Shown: one piece after another, positions 58,371 to 64,000 of the stretch
Numbering within the stretch: position 1 is the first letter of the stretch
How the letters are laid out: every line of letters begins with the position of its first letter
Assembly (NCBI GenBank): GCA_963749075.1
Contig: CAVVLJ010000021.1
Coordinates: 224,001-288,000 of the forward strand
Origin: an uncultured Pseudomonadota bacterium
GTDB taxonomy: Bacteria > Pseudomonadota > Alphaproteobacteria > JACZXZ01
DNA: 64,000 bases
Direction of reading: 5' to 3'
Made by a program: the position numbers and the translations under genes
The notes under the pieces: model-generated
What the model saw: only the letters and a program-made list of their open reading frames with translations
Databases searched by the model: none
Told to the model about the DNA's origin: nothing

Positions 58371-60831
58371 ATGACGAAGGAACCGACGACGGAAGACGCC
58401 GCTGGCGGGAAGGCCCCGATCCAGGCCAACGAAGAACACCGACGGTCTGACCGAGGCCGAGGCGGCACGGCGGCTTGCCCAATATGGCGAGAACGCCCTT
58501 GCCGAGCATCACGTCAGCACGTTCGAGCGGCTCGCCCGTTTCTTCTGGGGACCGATTCCCTGGATGATCGAGATCGCGGCGATCCTTTCGGCCGTGCTCG
58601 GCCATTGGGCCGACCTCGCCATCATCCTCGCGATGCTCTTCATCAATGCGGGCGTCGGCTTCTGGCAGGAATTCAAGGCCGACAACGCCATAGCACTGCT
58701 GAAGCAGCGCCTGGCGCTCAGGGCGCGCGTGCGCCGCGACGGCGCCTGGAAGGACGTCGAGGCAAAACTCCTGGTTCCGGGCGACGCCGTGCTGGTGGAG
58801 CTCGGCAATATCATTCCCGCGGATTTGAAGCTGATCGGCGGCGCCTATCTCAGCGTCGACCAGTCGGCACTGACCGGGGAATCGCTGCCGGTCGACAAGA
58901 AGGTCGGAGACGAAGCCTATTCCGGCTCGATCGCCAAGCAGGGCGAGATGACCGGCATCGTCACCGCCACCGGCATGAAGACCTATTTCGGCAAGACGGC
59001 CCGGCTCGTCGAGCAGGCCAAGACGGTCTCGCACTTCCAGCGCGCCGTGCTGCGCATCGGCAACTTCCTCATCCTGGTGACGGTCGGTTTGGTCTGCGTC
59101 ATCGTGCTCGCGGCTCTTTTCCGCCACGACCCGGTGATCGAGACCGTGCAGTTCGCCCTCATCCTCACCATCGCCTCGATCCCGGTCGCCCTGCCGGCCG
59201 TCCTTTCCGTCACCATGGCGGTCGGCGCCGAGCGTCTGGCGGCGTTCAAGGCGATCGTCTCGCGCCTCGTCGCGATCGAAGAGATGGCGGGCATGGACAC
59301 GCTGTGCAGCGACAAGACCGGCACGCTGACCAAGAACGAGCTGACCCTTGGCGACCCGGAGCCCGCCAAAGGCGTCACGCGCGACGACCTCATTCTCGCG
59401 GCGGCCTTGGCGTCGAGGCGCGATGCGCCCGACGCCATCGATGCGGCGATCCTCGCAGGCGCCCCCTCGGCCCAGCTTCTCGACGGCTACACGGTGAAGG
59501 CGTTCCATCCTTTCGACCCCGTGGCGAAGCGGGCGGAGGCGGAGATCGAGCATGGCGGCGGCCGTTTCAAGGTCGTCAAGGGCGCGCCGCAAGTGATCGT
59601 CGACCTCTGTAAGCCCAGCGACGAGGAGCGCCAAGCGATCGGCGCAAGCGTCGACCGCGACGCGGCCAAGGGATTCAGGACCCTGGGCGTGGCGCGCGCC
59701 GACGCCGCCGGCACCTGGCGCTATCTCGGACTCCTGCCGCTCTTCGATCCGCCGCGGGACGATTGCGCCGCGACCATTGCTGCGGCCCGCGCGATGGGCG
59801 TCGACATCAAGATGGTCACGGGCGATCACGAGGCGATCGCCAGGCAAATCGCCGGCCAGCTCAAGCTCGGGCAGAACATCGTCGTCGCCGACAGCGTCTT
59901 CGGGCAAGCCGACGCCGGCGAGCAGCTATCCCGCATCGTCGCCGCCGACGGCTTTGCGCGCGTTTTTCCAGAGGACAAGTACAAGATCGTCAAGGCGCTC
60001 CAGAGCACCGGGCATATCATCGGCATGACGGGCGACGGGGTAAACGACGCGCCGGCGCTCAAGCAGGCCGATGTCGGCATCGCGGTCAGCGGCGCAACCG
60101 ACGCCGCGCGCGCCGCAGCCGACCTCGTGCTGACGGCGCCCGGCCTCTCGGTCATCACGACGGCGATCGAGGAGGCCCGCCGCATCTTCGAGCGCATGAA
60201 CAGCTATGCCATGTACCGCATCGCGGAGACCATGCGGCTCCTCTTCTTCATGACGGCGAGCATCCTGATCTTCAACTTCTATCCGGTCAACGCGATCATG
60301 GTCGTGCTCTTGGCCCTGCTCAACGACCTGCCGATCATGATGATCGCCTACGACAACGCGCCCATAGCCCCGCGCCCGGTGCGCTGGGACATGGTGCGGG
60401 TTCTGACCATCGCCTCGGCGCTGGGCGGTTACGGCGTGATCGAGAGCTTCGGCATGTTCTGGATCGTCCGCGACTATCTCGCGCTGTCCTTGCCGCTCGT
60501 CCAGGCCCTCATCTTTCTCAAGCTCCTGGTGTCGGGCCACATGACGATCTACCTCACGCGCAACAAGGGTCCGATCTGGGAGCGCCCGTGGCCGAGCTGG
60601 AAGCTGGTGGTTCCCTGCGAGACGACCCAGCTCATCGGCACGCTGGTCGTGGTCTATGGCTGGTTCATGGCACCCACTGGCTGGCTCTACGTGCTCATGG
60701 TCTGGGGCTATACGCTCGTCTCGTTCTTCGTGGCGAGTGCCATCAAGATCGGCGCTTATGGGCTGCTGGATCACCGTGCCGCCAGCCAGGCCCGCCATCT
60801 CCTGCGCGTGGAAGGCCGCATCGCTTCGTGA
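58371..60831 (+). CDS. Plasma-membrane proton-efflux P-type ATPase (type IIIA-like); apparent frameshift in the first ~25 codons
   Basis: 'GLTEAEAARRLAQYGEN' and 'FWGPIPWMIE' lie upstream of ATG 58564 in frame; 'TGES', 'IPVALP', 'CSDKTGTLT', 'KGAPQ', 'DPPR', 'TGDGVNDAPALK'. ATG 58371 with AGAGG SD is in another frame. Confidence 0.88.
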
Positions 60832-60925
60832 GCGCGAAAGCGGCGCCAATGTTGCTGCTCACGGCTTTTGCCGCCCAGGCCGGCCGCCCTAGGCCTTCGG
60901 GCATGTCGATATAGAAGGAACAGCC

Positions 60926-62041
60926 ATGCCCAAGAAGCCCTCCGTCAAATCCTCGGAGCTCTCCCTCATGAGCGTCCCGGCCTTCTGGCCGATGGCGATG
61001 GCGAGCGCAATGCTCGAGGAGGGCACCGAGCTCTATGCCAAGAACCTCAAGTTCGCCGAGGAGGAGATCAAGATTCACGACGAGCTGAGACCCACCCTCG
61101 CGACGCCGAACCAGGTGCGTCTCGATCTGCGCACCATGGTGCTGCGCGATTACGGCAAGCCGGGCGGCATTCCGACGCTCGTCGACGCGCCCCATGCCGG
61201 TCATACCGCCATGATCGCCGACTATCACAAAGGCCAGAGCCTGGTCGAGACCCTGCTGGCCAACGGCATCGGCCACGTGGCGCTCACCGACTGGAAGTCG
61301 GCCACCGAGGACATGAAGGATCTGGACATCGACAGCTACTTGGCCGAGGTCGTCGTTGCGATCGACGATCTCGGCGGCCGCGTCAATCTTGTCGGACTTT
61401 GTCAGGGCGGCTGGCTCTCGGCGATGATCGCGGCGCGCTTTCCCGCCAAGGTGAACGCGCTCGTGCTCGCGGGCGCACCCATCGACACCGACGCCGGCAA
61501 CGGCCCGATCAAGCGCATGGTGAAGGAGTCCCCGATCTCGTTCTACGAGGAGCTGGTCGAGCTCGGCGGCGGCCTGATGAAAGGCAAATTCATGCTGCAG
61601 GGCTGGAAGAACATGCACCCCGGGCAGCACTACATCCAGGACCACATCGATCTCTACGAGCACATCGACGACCCGGCCTATCTCGCCAAGGAGGAGACCT
61701 TCGAGAGCTGGTACGAGAACCCGATCGACTTGCCGGGGCGCTGGTACCTCCAGGCGATCACCCAGCTCTTCAAGGAGAACCGGCTCGCCAAGGGGACGTT
61801 CGTCGGCTTGGGCCGCAGGCTCGAGCTCCGCAATATCACCTGCCCGGCCTACCTTTTGGCCGGTGCGGCCGACGACATCACGACGCCCGAGCAGGTCCTC
61901 GATGCGGCGAAATATATCGGGACGCCGAAAGACCGCATCGTTCAGAAGACGGTGCCGGGCGGCCATATCGGGCTCTTCATGGGAGTGCGCACGCTCAAGG
62001 AGCATTGGCCGGAGATCGCCCGCTGGATCGCCTCCCGCTAA
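60926..62041 (+). CDS. PHA synthase/depolymerase-like alpha/beta hydrolase
   Basis: Cys-nucleophile box 'GLCQGGW', 'APID', 'DLPGRWY', 'DDIT', 'GGHIGLF'. Confidence 0.82.
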   Translation: MPKKPSVKSSELSLMSVPAFWPMAMASAMLEEGTELYAKNLKFAEEEIKIHDELRPTLATPNQVRLDLRTMVLRDYGKPGGIPTLVDAPHAGHTAMIADYHKGQSLVETLLANGIGHVALTDWKSATEDMKDLDIDSYLAEVVVAIDDLGGRVNLVGLCQGGWLSAMIAARFPAKVNALVLAGAPIDTDAGNGPIKRMVKESPISFYEELVELGGGLMKGKFMLQGWKNMHPGQHYIQDHIDLYEHIDDPAYLAKEETFESWYENPIDLPGRWYLQAITQLFKENRLAKGTFVGLGRRLELRNITCPAYLLAGAADDITTPEQVLDAAKYIGTPKDRIVQKTVPGGHIGLFMGVRTLKEHWPEIARWIASR

Positions 62042-62251
62042 GCGCCGAGAGCTCTGCAGCCCCCAAGCCTTGCCGGCGCCATGCGACGGGCCCTCTGCAG
62101 GCCGCCGGCCCGTCGCGGACATGACAGCGAATTAAGACAACGGAAGGCCGGGCGTAATGCCGCGACACCATGTGATGGGGCAGTGCCCGCGCGGCCTGAC
62201 GCGAGGCCGGCGGCTCCATACGCGCCATCCAACTGGAATGAGAGGTCAATC

Positions 62252-63835
62252 ATGTTGTCGAAACTATCGCCGCGCTGGGACGGAATGCGCGCATTCCGGC
62301 GTCCGCGCATGGCCGCGCTCGCGACGGGCGTGGCACTTGCCTTGGTGCTCGCTCCGGTCGTCGGCCTGGAGTGGGCGCACGCCGGGACCGCGGCCGCGGA
62401 AACGGCCATGGTGCAGCTGCCGAGCCTCTCGCCGCTGGTCAAGAAGGTCATGCCGGCGGTCGTCAACATCTCGGTGCTCGAAAAGGCGGGCGCCGGCGAT
62501 GAGACCGCCGAGTCCGGCCCCAATGTGCAGCCCGGTCCGATGCCGAGCTTTCCCGAGGGATCGCCGTTCAACGACTTTCTGAAGAAGTTCTTCCAGGAGC
62601 AGGGCATCAAGCCGAACGCGCCCGAGGGTCAGACCGCGCCCGAGCCGCACGCGCAGCGCATGGCGCTCGGCTCCGGGTTCATCATCGATCCCTCCGGCCT
62701 CGTCGTCACCAACAACCACGTCGTGGACGGCGCCAAGCGGGTGACGGTGGTGCTGCAGGACGGCACCAAATACGCGGCAAAGATCCTGGGCCGCGATGCC
62801 AAGACGGATCTGGCGCTCCTCAAGATCGATGCCGGTCACGCGCTGCCCTATGTCGCGTGGGGCGACAGCGGCAGCGAGCAGGTCGGCGACTGGGTGGTCG
62901 CCATCGGCAACCCGTTCGGCCTCGGCGGCACCGTGAGTGCCGGCATCGTCTCGGCGCGCGGCCGCGACATCCACTCGGGCCCCTACGACGACTTCCTGCA
63001 GATCGACGCTCCGATCAACCGCGGCAATTCCGGCGGTCCCACCTTCAACCTCGAGGGCCGGGTGATCGGCATCAACACGGCGATCTACTCGCCGAGCGGC
63101 GGCAGCGTCGGCATCGGCTTTGCGATCCCCTCGGATCTCGCCAAGCCGATCATCGCGCAGCTGCGCGAGCACGGCAAAGTGAGCCGCGGCTGGCTCGGCG
63201 TGCAGATCCAGGAGGTGACGCCGGCGATCGCCGCGGGTCTCGGCCTGCCGAATGACCACGGTGCGCTCGTCGCCGACGTGACCAAGGACAGCCCGGCGGC
63301 CAAGGCCGGCGTCAAGCAGGGCGACGTGATCGAGGCCTTCGACGGCCACGATGTCGCGAAGATGCGCGACCTTCCCATCATGGTGGCCGAGACGGCCGTG
63401 GGCACCAACGCCAAGGTGGAGGTCTGGCGCAAGGGCCAGGAGATGACCCTGGGGCTCAAAATCGCCGAGCAGCCGGGCAATCTCCAGCTCGCATCGAACG
63501 AAGGCGGCCAGTCGGCTACGCCGGAGAAGTCTAGCGCCTTGGGCGTTGAGCTCGAGGCCCTCACGCCGGAGCGGCGCCAGCAGCTCCAGGTGGGCTCGGA
63601 CGTGAAAGGCGTGGTGGTCGGCTCGATCTCCGAGTCGAGTCCGCTCTCCAACGCCGATCTGCAGCCGGGCAACGTCATCGTCTCGATCAATCAGCACCCG
63701 GTGACCACGCCCGAAGAGGCGATGGCGATGCTCAAGGAGGGCGATGCCGGAGCCAACCAGCACCTTCTCTTTCTCTTGAACCGGCACGGCGTCAACGAGT
63801 ACGTCGCCTGGTCCAAGCAGGCGAGCGAAGGCTAA
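62252..63835 (+). CDS. DegP/DegQ (Do) family serine protease with two PDZ domains
   Basis: 'PAVVNI', 'GSGFII', 'TNNHVV', 'DLALL', 'INRGNSGGP', 'GIGFAIP', 'RGWLGV'. Confidence 0.95.
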   Translation: MLSKLSPRWDGMRAFRRPRMAALATGVALALVLAPVVGLEWAHAGTAAAETAMVQLPSLSPLVKKVMPAVVNISVLEKAGAGDETAESGPNVQPGPMPSFPEGSPFNDFLKKFFQEQGIKPNAPEGQTAPEPHAQRMALGSGFIIDPSGLVVTNNHVVDGAKRVTVVLQDGTKYAAKILGRDAKTDLALLKIDAGHALPYVAWGDSGSEQVGDWVVAIGNPFGLGGTVSAGIVSARGRDIHSGPYDDFLQIDAPINRGNSGGPTFNLEGRVIGINTAIYSPSGGSVGIGFAIPSDLAKPIIAQLREHGKVSRGWLGVQIQEVTPAIAAGLGLPNDHGALVADVTKDSPAAKAGVKQGDVIEAFDGHDVAKMRDLPIMVAETAVGTNAKVEVWRKGQEMTLGLKIAEQPGNLQLASNEGGQSATPEKSSALGVELEALTPERRQQLQVGSDVKGVVVGSISESSPLSNADLQPGNVIVSINQHPVTTPEEAMAMLKEGDAGANQHLLFLLNRHGVNEYVAWSKQASEG

Positions 63836-64000
63836 GCACGAAGCTGGAGCGGCCGCCGGCGTGACGAGCGCCGGCGGCCGTTTCGTGCGACCGGGGGCTC
63901 GACACGTCTTGCCTGGAAGCGAGCGAAGACGCCCGATCGACACCCATGTCCTCACCCATCCACCGCTTCCGCATCGTCCCGCTCGACGATGCGGTACGGC

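Noticed and set aside
63946-64000. Start of a further CDS (MSSPIHRFRIVPLDDAVR...)
   Set aside because: Only 18 codons are visible at the window edge; it cannot be supported or identified.

Overview
High-GC alphaproteobacterial chromosome segment (gene content suggests Rhodospirillales-like; this is an inference). From left to right: (1) the end of a tightly coupled operon of glycosyltransferases, a histidine phosphatase, a deacetylase-like protein and a peptide-type ABC transporter; (2) an MBL-fold hydrolase with a perfectly placed CRP-type site, a CenR-like regulator, an L,D-transpeptidase and yggS; (3) cysD-cysNC directly behind pgaABCD (PNAG), a FitA/VapC toxin-antitoxin pair, asnB-GT4 and a methyltransferase-GT2 fusion; (4) a taurine/sulfonate-type ABC transporter punctuated by three different palindromic repeats; (5) a housekeeping block (heparinase II/III-like, rpe, frameshifted secreted caspase-like protein, gpsA, EVE, Rieske, DUF1674, htpX, rsmB, tsaD, RHH-ParE, hemD, Mic60-like, hemY) that appears to contain a ~4.5 kb inversion and lacks hemC; (6) a 5.47 kb AT-richer island with no integrase, bounded by two identical full-length tRNA-Thr(CGT) genes and carrying nuclease/defence-like and phage-like ORFs; (7) an IS3 remnant followed by a MaoC-Pta/AckA/P-type H+-ATPase/PHA-hydrolase/DegP cluster. 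The best candidates for something new are the tRNA-bounded island and its coupled unknown gene pair, the CRP-box/phosphodiesterase link to the glycosyltransferase-ABC operon, an in-frame palindromic insertion in DUF1674, and an HTH-Mic60 fusion. All product calls come from motif recognition by eye; no database searches were run.
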